This document shows, in pieces, positions 44,669 to 54,646 of a DNA stretch of 64,000 nt. The first letter of the stretch is position 1. Each line of letters starts with the position of its first letter. The notes beneath the pieces were generated by a model. It ran no database searches and had not been told where the DNA came from. It worked only from the letters and a program-made list of their open reading frames with translations. The position numbers were made by a program, and so were the translations under genes. The stretch spans positions 64,692 through 128,691 of the forward strand of contig MGGS01000013.1 in assembly GCA_001792535.1 (NCBI GenBank), in the 5' to 3' direction. The stretch comes from Candidatus Woesebacteria bacterium RIFCSPHIGHO2_02_FULL_42_20 (lineage in GTDB: Bacteria > Patescibacteriota > Microgenomatia > UBA8517).

Positions 44669-45640
44669 ATGAAATACCGCAAGTTTGGAAAAATGGGGTG
44701 GGAAGTGAGTGCGCTGGGCCATGGTATGTGGGGGATGGGTGACTGGACCGGTTCGGACGATAAAGAATCCCTGCGGGCATTGCATCGGACGGTGGAACTA
44801 GGTATTAACTTTTTCGATACTGCCTGGATTTACGGAAACGGCAGGAGCGAAAAGCTTCTTGGTAAATTACTTCGTGCATATCCCAATGAGTGTTTATATA
44901 CGGCAACAAAAATCCCGCCTAAAAATTTCAAATGGCCGATGGAACCGCAATATACTCTTGATGAAACCTTTCCGGCCAAGCACATGATTGAATATGTCGA
45001 GAAAAGCTTGAAAAATTTTGGCATTGACCACATTGATCTTATTCAACTGCACGGATGGGATGACGTTTGGGCTTTAGACCCCAGCTGGCAAAAAGCTGCC
45101 GAGGATTTGAAAAGACGGGGACTAGTTGGTGCGTTTGGTATAAGTATCGATAGATGGGAGCCGGAGAACGCAATCAAAGCAATCAAAACCGGCGCGGTGG
45201 ATTCTTTGCAAGTGATCTATAACATTTTTGACCAAGCTCCCGAGGACAAATTATTCCCGGTCTGCCGCAAATATAATGTGGCTGTTATCGCCCGCGTGCC
45301 GCTTGACGAAGGCACGTTAACCGGTACTTTGACCTTAAAAAGTAAATGGCCGGAAGGGGATTGGCGCAATAAATATTTCAATAAAGAAACCTTAAAAGCA
45401 AGCGTTGAACACGCGGGGAAATTGAAGAAAGTTTTACCAAAAGGTATGGCGATGTCGGAACTTGCTTTGAGGTTTATTCTCTCAAACCGCGATGTTAGCA
45501 CTACAATTCCTGGGATGCGCAAGAGAAGACATGTCGAAGAAAATGCTGGAGCAGGTGAGAAAGGAAAACTTGCGAAGCAATTAATTAAAAAACTAAGAAG
45601 CCATCGTTGGGATCGCAGACCAACTCCTTCAGCCGGTTAG
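44669..45640 (+). CDS. aldo/keto reductase
   Basis: MKYRKFGKMGWEVSALGHGMWGMG…LGINFFDTAWIYGNGRSEKLLGK… canonical AKR catalytic tetrad region. Confidence 0.85.
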   Translation: MKYRKFGKMGWEVSALGHGMWGMGDWTGSDDKESLRALHRTVELGINFFDTAWIYGNGRSEKLLGKLLRAYPNECLYTATKIPPKNFKWPMEPQYTLDETFPAKHMIEYVEKSLKNFGIDHIDLIQLHGWDDVWALDPSWQKAAEDLKRRGLVGAFGISIDRWEPENAIKAIKTGAVDSLQVIYNIFDQAPEDKLFPVCRKYNVAVIARVPLDEGTLTGTLTLKSKWPEGDWRNKYFNKETLKASVEHAGKLKKVLPKGMAMSELALRFILSNRDVSTTIPGMRKRRHVEENAGAGEKGKLAKQLIKKLRSHRWDRRPTPSAG

Positions 45641-45697
45641 CGTTTTTTTGTAATACGGGCTTTCGGTTTTGGAAATCGTTCTCACATTCTCTCTAAA

Positions 45698-46321
45698 TTA
45701 CTTTGTTATATTAATAATTTCCACACATTTATCCTGCACATGTATGTATTGGTTGTTGGTCAGTAAAATGAATGGGCCTTGGCCTTTCTTGTAAACCGTT
45801 TTAAGCCTTGTCTTTAGATACCGATCTTTGAAGTCAGGGTCTCCCCAATGAGGCATAATTGTAAAATTTACAAAACCATAGCCATTGCGGTTTTTTAGCT
45901 TTAAATTTTTGTCGGCTAAATAACCAGGAACCATCTCGCCGGCAATGATTGAACCGGCACTAGTGCCAATATATGTTTTTCCTCTTTTTAGAACTAAATC
46001 TTTGACAAGCGAGGCAAATCCCGATTTCTGGGATTGTTCAAGAAGATAAAAAGTGTCTCCGCCGGACAGATAAATGTAGTCAAAGCTGGCAAGGTCTTTT
46101 TCAAGTTGGCTCTTTTTCTTACCAGCAAGTGTGTAATCGGTAATATTAAATCCTGCTTTGACCAATGCTCGCCTGTCCTTTTTGAGCCAATTCTTGTTTC
46201 CTGTTACAACTTCTGCCGCAGTATCTATAAAAACAAGTTTATTGCCCTTAGAAAGATTAACCCGTTTAGCAATATCGTGAGCTACACCATGAACTGCTGA
46301 TGTTAAAAACAGTCTTTTCAT
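45698..46321 (-). CDS. peptidase S51 (dipeptidase E-like) / class I glutamine amidotransferase-like protein
   Basis: …YIGTSAGSIIAG… nucleophile-serine context and size typical of PepE/S51. Confidence 0.6.
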   Translation of the reverse strand: MKRLFLTSAVHGVAHDIAKRVNLSKGNKLVFIDTAAEVVTGNKNWLKKDRRALVKAGFNITDYTLAGKKKSQLEKDLASFDYIYLSGGDTFYLLEQSQKSGFASLVKDLVLKRGKTYIGTSAGSIIAGEMVPGYLADKNLKLKNRNGYGFVNFTIMPHWGDPDFKDRYLKTRLKTVYKKGQGPFILLTNNQYIHVQDKCVEIINITK

Positions 46322-46383
46322 ATTTGAAGTATAGCAGGTTGGGGGAAAACTGGACTTATATAAATAAGATGAGGCAAGCTTAA

Positions 46384-46617
46384 TTATTTATATTGCTGAT
46401 TGGCGACATAATAGTCAAGCAATCTTCGGATCATTGCCTGATATGAAGCGTTGTGTTTTTTGGCTGCCTTTTTAAAGAAATCAATACTGTGTCTCGTTAG
46501 GGTTAGAGTAACTCTTTTTTTCTTCTCACGCAAAACAAGATTTTCTGGTCGTGGCAGGAAATCGCTAACCACCCGAGCTTCTATAGATTCGTTGCTATAT
46601 TTTATTTTGCTTTTCAT
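46384..46617 (-). CDS. brnA: BrnA antitoxin (ribbon-helix-helix)
   Basis: …VTLTLTRHSIDFFKKAAKKHNASYQAMIRRLLDYYV matches the BrnA C-terminal signature. Overlaps brnT by 23 nt. Confidence 0.75.
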   Translation of the reverse strand: MKSKIKYSNESIEARVVSDFLPRPENLVLREKKKRVTLTLTRHSIDFFKKAAKKHNASYQAMIRRLLDYYVANQQYK

Positions 46618-46876
46618 ATATCTTTTTTCCTTTTCTCCAAAAACCTGCCCCGATTATTCGGATACGATCGTTTCTGTACGTAAAACGGACTGTTAAAATA
46701 CCTCCTTTCACTTTCCCAAAACAATAGTAACGTTTTTCGGGTCTGCTATGTGCTAAATCTTTTGCTATTACACGCTTTCGGAATAAAAACGCATATTGCG
46801 CTTCTGTAAAAACAACCCCGTGTTTCTTTTTGTTTTTCCTGTTTTTGTCTTCGTTCCACTCAAAGTTTGTATGCAT
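46595..46876 (-). CDS. brnT: BrnT toxin (DUF497 ribonuclease)
   Basis: FEWNEDKNRKNKKKHGVVFTEAQ…RIRIIGAGFWRKGKKIYEKQ is the typical BrnT signature. Confidence 0.8.
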   Translation of the reverse strand: MHTNFEWNEDKNRKNKKKHGVVFTEAQYAFLFRKRVIAKDLAHSRPEKRYYCFGKVKGGILTVRFTYRNDRIRIIGAGFWRKGKKIYEKQNKI

Positions 46877-46912
46877 AAGTATATTACCATATTAGCATAT
46901 AAATTACTACAT

Positions 46913-47419
46913 TTAAATTAAATATTTTCTTGACTCCTCAAGAAAAACAGTATCTCGTGGAACAATATAAGCGCTTCCTTCAATTGAAGTGGCAACATTT
47001 TTAGAAATAGCTTGTAAGGCGTCTTCGAGACTTAACCAAACAGGTTCAAAGTTACCTTCAACTTCTTCATCTGTAAAACTAGGGTTACCTTTATTGCCTT
47101 TCAGTTTGGCCAAGTAACAGTAAGAGATTTGTTTAAGTTTGAATATTTTTCTATATTCGACGATGGAGCCTATTTCGTCAAGGATTTCAATTTCAGACCC
47201 GACTTCCTCTTGACACTCTCGTTTCAAGGCTCGCTTTTTATCCTCGCCTTTTTCAATGCCACCGCCGGGCAATTTATAATATTTGCTTTTAACTACGTGT
47301 AAGAGCGCTATTTTTCCGTCGTTGTCAAAGACTATGGCCCGCACCGCCTCACGGGTAGGATAGCTCTTGACCTCTTTCTTAGTGACTTTTTCAGGATTGA
47401 TAACCAGAAGCTGTTTCAT
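46913..47419 (-). CDS. NUDIX hydrolase
   Basis: Nudix box GGGIEKGEDKKRALKRECQEEVG. Confidence 0.75.
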   Translation of the reverse strand: MKQLLVINPEKVTKKEVKSYPTREAVRAIVFDNDGKIALLHVVKSKYYKLPGGGIEKGEDKKRALKRECQEEVGSEIEILDEIGSIVEYRKIFKLKQISYCYLAKLKGNKGNPSFTDEEVEGNFEPVWLSLEDALQAISKNVATSIEGSAYIVPRDTVFLEESRKYLI

Positions 47420-47422
47420 TAG

Positions 47423-47803
47423 CTACTCCTTGACTGCTACCATACTAATTTCCACTTTTGCCCCAAGAGGTAGTTCTTTGACGCAAACCGTTTCGCGGGC
47501 GGGGTATGGATCGGATAAATAGCTGCCATAGACCTCATTCACTTTCCCGTAAATAGACATGTCTGTTACATAAATTGTTGTTTTGACGACATTTGCAAAA
47601 GAAGTTCCGGCTTCTGTTAAAATAGCTTGCAGATTTTTCATTATCTGATGGACTTGTTCTTCGATGGTTCCCTCGAGTGGCGTGCCGTCGGGAGTTAAAT
47701 GAAATTGCCCTGCTGTAAAAACAAAATTGTTTGCAATTATGGCTTGGGAGAATGGGGTAGTCTTCGGCGGCGGCGCACCCTTCGTCTCAACCTTTGTTTT
47801 CAT
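47423..47803 (-). CDS. ridA: RidA/YjgF-family reactive intermediate deaminase
   Basis: …AIIANNFVFTAGQ… and C-terminal …ETVCVKELPLGAKVEISMVA. 126 aa. Confidence 0.8.
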   Translation of the reverse strand: MKTKVETKGAPPPKTTPFSQAIIANNFVFTAGQFHLTPDGTPLEGTIEEQVHQIMKNLQAILTEAGTSFANVVKTTIYVTDMSIYGKVNEVYGSYLSDPYPARETVCVKELPLGAKVEISMVAVKE

Positions 47804-47853
47804 TTTTTAACTATAACATTTTAGGCCAAATTTCTGGGAGTATTCTATTAATT

Positions 47854-48425
47854 TCAATCTAACTGTTTAAGGAATTTCATTCTGTGGTGCCGAGTCATTC
47901 TTCCTTCAAAACCCATGTCTAGATTGATGTTTACTCCGGAAATTACTCCCAACCTAGCTCTGACTAAAGCTATAAAGCCATTCGTTTCTATAAGGCGATA
48001 AGGTTTTACTTTTCCTTGAAACGTTTCTGTTATTAATTTTTCTATCTCATCACCATGAAGAAATGTATCTAGGTCGATTTGGAAATGGGGAAGCCAGTAA
48101 TTTTTCCACTTGTCATCTGTTTTTTCCAGCAGTACCAATTCGACCAACGGATCCGACGAATTTTTTCGATCAACTTTTCTTTTTCGTCCGCTATGGATTT
48201 CACTTGATAGCAAAACCCCAGGTGATTTAACCTTTGGAATAAATTACCTGAAACTAGATGGTTAACAAGTTTTCCGACTTGCTGATAGGGGACGAAGCTG
48301 TCTTTTAGTGGACTTGGAGTACTGAAGAGGTTATTCGCAATAGCAATCCCTGGAATTTCCATGCCTGTGGTTGAGATGTTCAACAGTGGCTTTCCACCGG
48401 AACCTATTATAGTTATAAACATCAA
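47854..48425 (-). pseudogene. hypothetical gene split into two overlapping frames (frameshift near 48069-48213)
   Basis: ORFs 48069..48425 and 47854..48213 are on the same strand, overlap by 145 nt in different frames and are contiguous. No family recognised. Confidence 0.35.
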
Positions 48426-48642
48426 ACAAAAGGGTGGTTTTTAGAGTTTGCCTTGCTTTACTAATTCTATTGACGAAGGGCCGGTTTGGATTTTCAGGGT
48501 GACTTCGTTTTTAAGTTCTATTGTAGTCGCGCCGCTTACAGAGAAGTGCTCTTCTTTGTTTGTCGAGTATTATTGCAAACACACCAATTTTGAAAGTCAT
48601 CGGATTATTATTTGCGATTATAGCCCCTTTTTTATCTTTTGA

Positions 48643-49152
48643 CTATTTTAAACGCGGGAGAAGATTTTTGTATATTGTTACTTTTTGAGACTTGCTCATT
48701 AGGGCATAACGCGGGGATGGAGATGGGAGAGTAATGAGTTCAATTTTGGGAAATTTTAGAATAAGATCTTTAAATTCTTTTTTGAATAACTTTTCGACGA
48801 ATCTGCTGGTGAAATAAATTGAGGTGATTTTGTTTTTTTTCACAATCTCGGCAATTGCTTGGGTGTTAAAAACCAGGCATTTAAGGTTCATGTCCGAATT
48901 ACTGTTATTTTCCCGATCGCATTCCAGAATGATATCGGTAATAGCCAAGCCTAGTCTGGTGAACAGATGTTGCTGGGCTTTTTTTGTTCGGAGATTTATG
49001 CCGTATACCTCCTCGAGTATCGGCCAGAATAGATTTCTGCCATTTGCGTAGAACCACTCATAACCATCTGCTGGTTTAGCGACAAAACTGCCAAGAAGCA
49101 AATACTTGGACTTTACCAGGACAAAATTCCCGAATGGGTGTTTTTCAATCAT
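48643..49152 (-). CDS. uracil-DNA glycosylase superfamily-like protein
   Basis: Size and the motif pattern …LLLGSFVAKP… / …LPSPSPRY… are reminiscent of UDG family 4/5 (GxPG … HPSP). Confidence 0.4.
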   Translation of the reverse strand: MIEKHPFGNFVLVKSKYLLLGSFVAKPADGYEWFYANGRNLFWPILEEVYGINLRTKKAQQHLFTRLGLAITDIILECDRENNSNSDMNLKCLVFNTQAIAEIVKKNKITSIYFTSRFVEKLFKKEFKDLILKFPKIELITLPSPSPRYALMSKSQKVTIYKNLLPRLK

Positions 49153-49160
49153 GAGCTGTT

Positions 49161-49430
49161 TTACAACGGTTTACCCGCAGCAGACTCGGCTAATAATGCT
49201 ATGGTGGCTACAAATTCACCTTTTCCTGCTTCGTAGTCGTGTTGTCGACCGTAGGCATCGCTCATTACGCAGTGCGTGTCCAGAACTTGCCACGTTGTCA
49301 TTTGTGGGTGTTGTTGAAGATGCTCCGATGCTGGACAAAAATTTAAAGAGCAAACGGTACTTTTGGTGTCATTTTGAAAACACGGTGTTGGCCCATGGGT
49401 TTGCTGTAAACAAATTTTCTCCTTCTTCAT
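49161..49430 (-). CDS. hypothetical Cys-rich small protein
   Basis: 89-aa ORF with 6 Cys/His clustered in the N-terminal half. The family is unclear. Confidence 0.3.
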   Translation of the reverse strand: MKKEKICLQQTHGPTPCFQNDTKSTVCSLNFCPASEHLQQHPQMTTWQVLDTHCVMSDAYGRQHDYEAGKGEFVATIALLAESAAGKPL

Positions 49431-49641
49431 GATAAGTAAGTATGAATTGTAGCAGAATCCCAGGATTTTTTGTATGGAGTGATTGACTTTGGTACTCTGA
49501 AGGTCAAATTACAAATCGTAGAAAAAAGTTAGCGCATCATATGTTATCCCAAGTAATGCAAATATCAATCAAGGACTTCTTTTAAGGCTCATTAGCTAAC
49601 CTGGCGGATTTTGGCGCATCGATTTTTATGATAGACTCTAA

Positions 49642-50217
49642 ATGTATTTGACGCGGAGAATATTTTTGATACATGGTTGGGGAGGAAGTCCGAAAAATGA
49701 CTGGTTTCCTTGGGCTAAAGAAGAACTTTCTAAAAGTGGTTTTGATGTAATTGTGCCCGAAATGCCGGAAACAAATCACCCTAAAATTGGCTTATGGACC
49801 AACAAATTAAAAATGGTTGTCGGGAAACCAAAAAGAGATGATATTTTTGTTGGCCATAGTGTTGGTTGCCAAGCTATCTTGAGATATTTGGAAACCATTT
49901 CAGATAATGTCGATAAAGTAGTTTTGATTGCACCTTGGTGGTATTTAACGTTGGATAAAAATGAAGAACAGTCAGACGCTGATCCTTGGCTAAAAGCAGA
50001 TGTAGACTTTGATAAAGTTAAATCAAAGGCTAATAAATTTATTGCCGTTTTTTCTGACGATGATCTATATGTACCGCTTCAGGAAAATGGTGAATTTTTT
50101 AAAGAGAAAATAAACCCCGAAATTTTAGTCGAAAACAAAATGGGTCACTTTACAGAAAGTGATGGTGTCAATAAAATTCCATTCCTTACAAAACTAGTAA
50201 AACAATCTTTTAATTAA
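49642..50217 (+). CDS. RBBP9/YdeN-like serine hydrolase (second paralog)
   Basis: FLIHGWGGSPKNDWFPW…GHSVGC…MGHF parallels 35308..35865. Confidence 0.65.
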   Translation: MYLTRRIFLIHGWGGSPKNDWFPWAKEELSKSGFDVIVPEMPETNHPKIGLWTNKLKMVVGKPKRDDIFVGHSVGCQAILRYLETISDNVDKVVLIAPWWYLTLDKNEEQSDADPWLKADVDFDKVKSKANKFIAVFSDDDLYVPLQENGEFFKEKINPEILVENKMGHFTESDGVNKIPFLTKLVKQSFN

Positions 50218-51376
50218 CGAAAGTGAGCGCGACACCTTTTTTGTCTGCCCTGCCTGTCCTGCCGATTCTGTGAATGTAGGCTTCGTAAGAATCGGGTAAA
50301 TCGTAATTAATAACGTGGCTGACGTTGGGTATGTCTAATCCGCGGGAAGCCACGTCGGTTGCTATGAGTATACGAATAATATTAGCCTTGAATCTTTCTA
50401 GAGTTCTGGCTCTTTGACTTTGTTTTTTATTTCCATGAATGGCATCTGCCTTAAAACCTCTTTTGACAAGTTCATTGGAAAGCCTTTGTACGCCGTGTTT
50501 TGTTCTTCCAAAGACGAGGACTTTTTCATACTCGGGGTTACTAAGCAGTTGGTGAAGTTTATTCACTTTAATGCTGGAATTAGAGACCCTAATAATACTT
50601 TGGGTAATGTTTTCTATGGTGTCCTTTGTTTTGACAGATACCGTAAAAGGTTTATGGACGAAACTTTGCAAAATTCCGTTTACTTTTTGGCTGATTGTTG
50701 CCGAGAAAAAAAGTGACTGGCGGACTTTAGGAAGAAGTGAAACTATGTACTTTATGTCTTTGATAAACCCGATATCAACCATTCTATCCGTTTCGTCGAG
50801 TACAACAACTCCAAAATATGACAGGTTGAGAGAGTGAGTTCTAAGCAGGTCTTGGATTCTTCCCGGGGTCCCGATTACAAAATTTGGGTTTCTCCTCAAG
50901 TCTCTGATTTGCCTTCTAATATTTGCTCCGCCAATACACAAGGCATAATGAATTCCAAGACCTTTTGAAAAGTCAAGAAATTCATCTCTAATTTGAGTAG
51001 CTAGCTCGCGAGTGGGGGTAAGGATTAATACCTTCTGACTCCTGTTTTTAAAAACTTTATCTATTAAGGGAATTAAAAATGCTGCCGTTTTTCCGGTTCC
51101 GGTATTTGCAATTCCAATAATGTCTTTTCCTGCCAGGATTGAAGGGATTGCTTGATCTTGAATAGGGGTCGGGGTTGTGTATCCCTTTTGCAATATGTTT
51201 TCTCTTATTCTATCCGAGATCTGAAAATCGGCAAATGTGTGGGATACAACCTGCTCTTCAGTTATCTGATTCTGGTGGGTTGCGTTAATGATATTTGAAG
51301 GGTCAAAAGATTTAATAGTTCTGTATCCACTACGGAAAGCGCCTCTTCTTTGTTTGTTATTAAACTTTCTATACAT
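50210..51376 (-). CDS. DEAD-box ATP-dependent RNA helicase
   Basis: Q-motif/motif I …PTPIQDQAIP…ANTGTGKTAAF, motif II VLDETDRM (DEAD variant), SAT and HRIGRTGR. Confidence 0.85.
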   Translation of the reverse strand: MYRKFNNKQRRGAFRSGYRTIKSFDPSNIINATHQNQITEEQVVSHTFADFQISDRIRENILQKGYTTPTPIQDQAIPSILAGKDIIGIANTGTGKTAAFLIPLIDKVFKNRSQKVLILTPTRELATQIRDEFLDFSKGLGIHYALCIGGANIRRQIRDLRRNPNFVIGTPGRIQDLLRTHSLNLSYFGVVVLDETDRMVDIGFIKDIKYIVSLLPKVRQSLFFSATISQKVNGILQSFVHKPFTVSVKTKDTIENITQSIIRVSNSSIKVNKLHQLLSNPEYEKVLVFGRTKHGVQRLSNELVKRGFKADAIHGNKKQSQRARTLERFKANIIRILIATDVASRGLDIPNVSHVINYDLPDSYEAYIHRIGRTGRADKKGVALTFVN

Positions 51377-51904
51377 AGGTTACGCTTCGGATTAAAGAAA
51401 TAAAACTGCCTAAATTAAGAAAGATATAAAGTTGCGGAGAAAAGATACAAAAAAGTAGTTAACAAAATTGGAGTATCTTTATCTGGCGAAACTCAAAATA
51501 AACTTACAATTTAAGCAGATCTATGACTTCAACCTGCTGACTTGGAAGTAAGTGTATCACTAAATAACAGAGATGTCAAATGACTATAGGGTTTTTGTGA
51601 TATTTAAGTGAGAGCTTTGGTGAGTGCCTCACGGATGTTTTTCCCGCCAAACCACCCTCCGAGGTAGACGGTTGCGTGTTTGTTTCTGTTCCAGTCACGA
51701 AGGTAATATTTATCGATGCGCCCGCCCCTTTTTAAAAATGTTTGAATCAGCTCGTCCAACGAAAGTTTAGTATTAATAATTCATTCTACACTTAAAAAGG
51801 GGCTTTGTCAGCTGCAGTTTGTTTGTTGCTTTTTTCCAAAGCTTTTTCAACAGCTGCTTCGGCCAAAAGTTGTGACACAGCTTCGGATTCGTAATTGGTG
51901 GGTT

Positions 51905-53662
51905 TTAAGAAAGCTCGAAGCCCTCGAGAAGTTTTTTGTTGCCCTCGATTTGATATTTAAGTAGATCCGAATATGCGCCTTTTTGCCTTGCCAGTTCTTT
52001 TGGCGTGCCCGATTGAGTAATTTTGCCGTTGTCGATGACTATGACGTGGTCGACGTTTTGCAGTGTTGAGAATCTGTGGGCGATAATGATAACCAGCTTG
52101 TCTTGCATCAGTTTTTCCAATGCACCCTGGACTTCCATCTCACTTTTGGCGTCCAAACTGCTTGTCGCCTCATCTAAAATCAGTATTGGGGCATTTTTAA
52201 GAATTGCCCGGGCAATCTGGATTCGCTGCTTTTGGCCGCCGGAAAGCTTTACCCCGCGCTCTCCTATTTCGGTGTCGATTCCCTTGGGAAGTTTTTCGGC
52301 AAAACCTAAAGCATTTGCCGCCTTGAGAGCTGCTATAATTTCTTTGTCCGAAGCCGGTGTTCCGTAAGCGACGTTTTCGCGCACACTTGTTGAGAAAAGT
52401 TCATTTTCCTGAAAAACCAAAGCGATGTTTTGCCTTACCTGGCTAAATTCCAAATTTTTATAACTTTTGCCACCGATATAAATATTGCCGCGCCTAGGTT
52501 CGTAAAGCTTTAAAATTAAATTGGTTATTGTTGTTTTGCCGGAACCCGAGTGGCCAACCAGTGCCACCTTTCGCTTGGCTGGAATTGTAAAAGAGACGTC
52601 AGTTAAGACTTTGCCGGAATCTTTGTAGCTAAACGACACGTTCCTAAATTCCAAAGAATGATTGGTAAGTTTTTTATAATTAGTCTTTTTGTCTGTCATT
52701 TCGCTCCCGGGAAGCTCCAGTATTTCGAAAAATTCTTTGGAGCCGCTTTCGGCATTTTGCAGTTGGGTCAAAATGAATGACATGGCGAACAAGGGCCTTC
52801 TGGCTTGGATAACCAATTGAATTATGAGCACCATTTCACCAATGGTTATGGCACCTTCAAAAGTTTGGTAAAAAACAACGACGTTTATCCCCAAAAGAAT
52901 GATAACCAAACTTAAGTTTCGGGCAAAATCTATCAAATGATAGGTTTGGCTTTGACCGGCGTAAATTTCATTTACCTTAGCTAGTCTCTTGGACACAAAA
53001 TTATACTCTTTGGTCTCGGTCAGAAAGCCTTTGACTATCTTTATATTGCCTACCACCTCTTGGATACGGCCTCTTAATCGGTCTTCAAGCTTGTTTTTCT
53101 TGACTTCTTCCCGGCCCCACCTTAGCGACGAATAGTAAGAAAGTGCCAGGTAGATTGGGAAAAGCATGAATACAAAGCCGGCAATGGGCAAGCTGTAGCG
53201 CGCCAGAATGAGTACGGTGAAAATGCTTTGCAAAAATGAAGGGAGGATAAAATTTGTTGCTGCATTGGTGAAATTTTGAATCGTAGAAATACCCCGACTT
53301 AATTGATTAACAATTTTGCCCGACATTTCGGAGTCAAAATATGTTTGGGGTAGAAACAAAACTTTGTTGTAAAACTTTTCGGTTAAAAGTTTTCTCTGAA
53401 GCCCTGCAAAGTGGTCACCCAACCGGTCCGAAATTCCCGAAACGACAATGCCGATAAAATTTAGGGCAAACATCAATGCTATTAAAAATGTCAACGTCTG
53501 CTGACTACCGCTTTCTTGGGCGACAATTTCGTCGACAATCGATTTGGAAACGACTGGTGTGGTCAGCTCTAAAAGAGCCGAAGCGACAATTAGAAGCGTG
53601 ATAATTGCCAGGATTTTATAGAGCGGTCTGGAGACTTTTACAATTTTAAGTATATTTTTCAC
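51905..53662 (-). CDS. ABC exporter, fused permease/ATPase (MsbA-like)
   Basis: 6-TM N-terminal domain. Walker A GHSGSGKTT, signature LSGGQKQRIQIARAIL, Walker B ILILDEATS. Confidence 0.85.
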   Translation of the reverse strand: MKNILKIVKVSRPLYKILAIITLLIVASALLELTTPVVSKSIVDEIVAQESGSQQTLTFLIALMFALNFIGIVVSGISDRLGDHFAGLQRKLLTEKFYNKVLFLPQTYFDSEMSGKIVNQLSRGISTIQNFTNAATNFILPSFLQSIFTVLILARYSLPIAGFVFMLFPIYLALSYYSSLRWGREEVKKNKLEDRLRGRIQEVVGNIKIVKGFLTETKEYNFVSKRLAKVNEIYAGQSQTYHLIDFARNLSLVIILLGINVVVFYQTFEGAITIGEMVLIIQLVIQARRPLFAMSFILTQLQNAESGSKEFFEILELPGSEMTDKKTNYKKLTNHSLEFRNVSFSYKDSGKVLTDVSFTIPAKRKVALVGHSGSGKTTITNLILKLYEPRRGNIYIGGKSYKNLEFSQVRQNIALVFQENELFSTSVRENVAYGTPASDKEIIAALKAANALGFAEKLPKGIDTEIGERGVKLSGGQKQRIQIARAILKNAPILILDEATSSLDAKSEMEVQGALEKLMQDKLVIIIAHRFSTLQNVDHVIVIDNGKITQSGTPKELARQKGAYSDLLKYQIEGNKKLLEGFELS

Positions 53663-53782
53663 CCTGATATTTTAACTCCAAACACACTTTTACAAAAGAG
53701 AAATTTTAACCAATTTCCAGAATCAATTTTTCCTGCAACAAAAGATCGTTTAAGTGACTTTAAATTCTAACCATGTGGTTAG

Positions 53783-53805
53783 GCTGAGCGGGCCAGTCTA
53801 GGACC
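53783..53805. repeat. 23-bp direct repeat, copy 1 (GCTGAGCGGGCCAGTCTAGGACC)
   Basis: 22/23 identical to 54607..54629. The two copies bracket gene 53815..54588. Confidence 0.7.
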
Positions 53806-53814
53806 TTCTTGTTC

Positions 53815-54588
53815 TTATATTATTACGTTATAGGGAGTTGGGAGTTTAAAAAGAAAACTTCCGTAATTTATCAAGTGTCCCAGATTATTTTTAATTGCCC
53901 ATTTAGTACATATCTTTCGATTATAAAGTTGTCCCTTTGAGGTTAACCTATTCTTTTTCCAATAAGATTCATGTATTTGATGATAACTAAGCCATTTTAT
54001 TGGTTCCGGTAAGCCAGATTTTAGCATTGCCGCCATAACACAGGCATCCCAGGCCTCAAAACCAATTAATGCGTCGGGTAAATTTCCTTTGTGGTTATTC
54101 CACCACCTTCGGGTGAAAAAGAAGACATCTGAACCAGCAGACCAACGACCTAGAGGTAGCTTATCTCTCAGTTGATCTCTGGTAATAGTATTTTTAGGAA
54201 GGTCCTTTTTTGAAAAATCTACTCTATGAGAATACCCACACTCCCATTTTTTCAGAGAGTCTCTAATAAAATTTGACGCGTTAGTTACAAATGAGATGTC
54301 GGAATTTGTATATAAGAATAAATCACAATCAGGATAGGCTGAAAGGCCGTAGTCAACGACATCTTTTAAAAATGGCATAGTTTTCTTCTCGCCCAAGCTT
54401 AAAGAATTTCTTTGTCCATTTTCTAAACTAAACTCTGCAATTAAAAACCCATATTTATCGTTGTTGTAAAATTCCTGCCATGTTCTTTTTGCTCTTATCA
54501 TCCTGTCCGTGGTTAAATTGTTTGCTTTCCACCAGTTGTAGATATGAACTATCTTCTTATTCATAGAGAAATTTGTGAAATTATACAC
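53815..54588 (-). CDS. hypothetical protein (possibly a DxD-type sugar transferase-like protein)
   Basis: 257 aa. …CDLFLYTNSDISF… is a possible DxD-like segment. No confident family. Confidence 0.35.
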   Translation of the reverse strand: MYNFTNFSMNKKIVHIYNWWKANNLTTDRMIRAKRTWQEFYNNDKYGFLIAEFSLENGQRNSLSLGEKKTMPFLKDVVDYGLSAYPDCDLFLYTNSDISFVTNASNFIRDSLKKWECGYSHRVDFSKKDLPKNTITRDQLRDKLPLGRWSAGSDVFFFTRRWWNNHKGNLPDALIGFEAWDACVMAAMLKSGLPEPIKWLSYHQIHESYWKKNRLTSKGQLYNRKICTKWAIKNNLGHLINYGSFLFKLPTPYNVII

Positions 54589-54606
54589 CGGACAAGCTAA
54601 TAAAAT

Positions 54607-54629
54607 GCTGAGCAGGCCAGTCTAGGACC
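54607..54629. repeat. 23-bp direct repeat, copy 2 (GCTGAGCAGGCCAGTCTAGGACC)
   Basis: Located 19 nt upstream of the start codon of the 257-aa gene. Confidence 0.7.
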
Positions 54630-54646
54630 CAATTGTCCCATAATCG

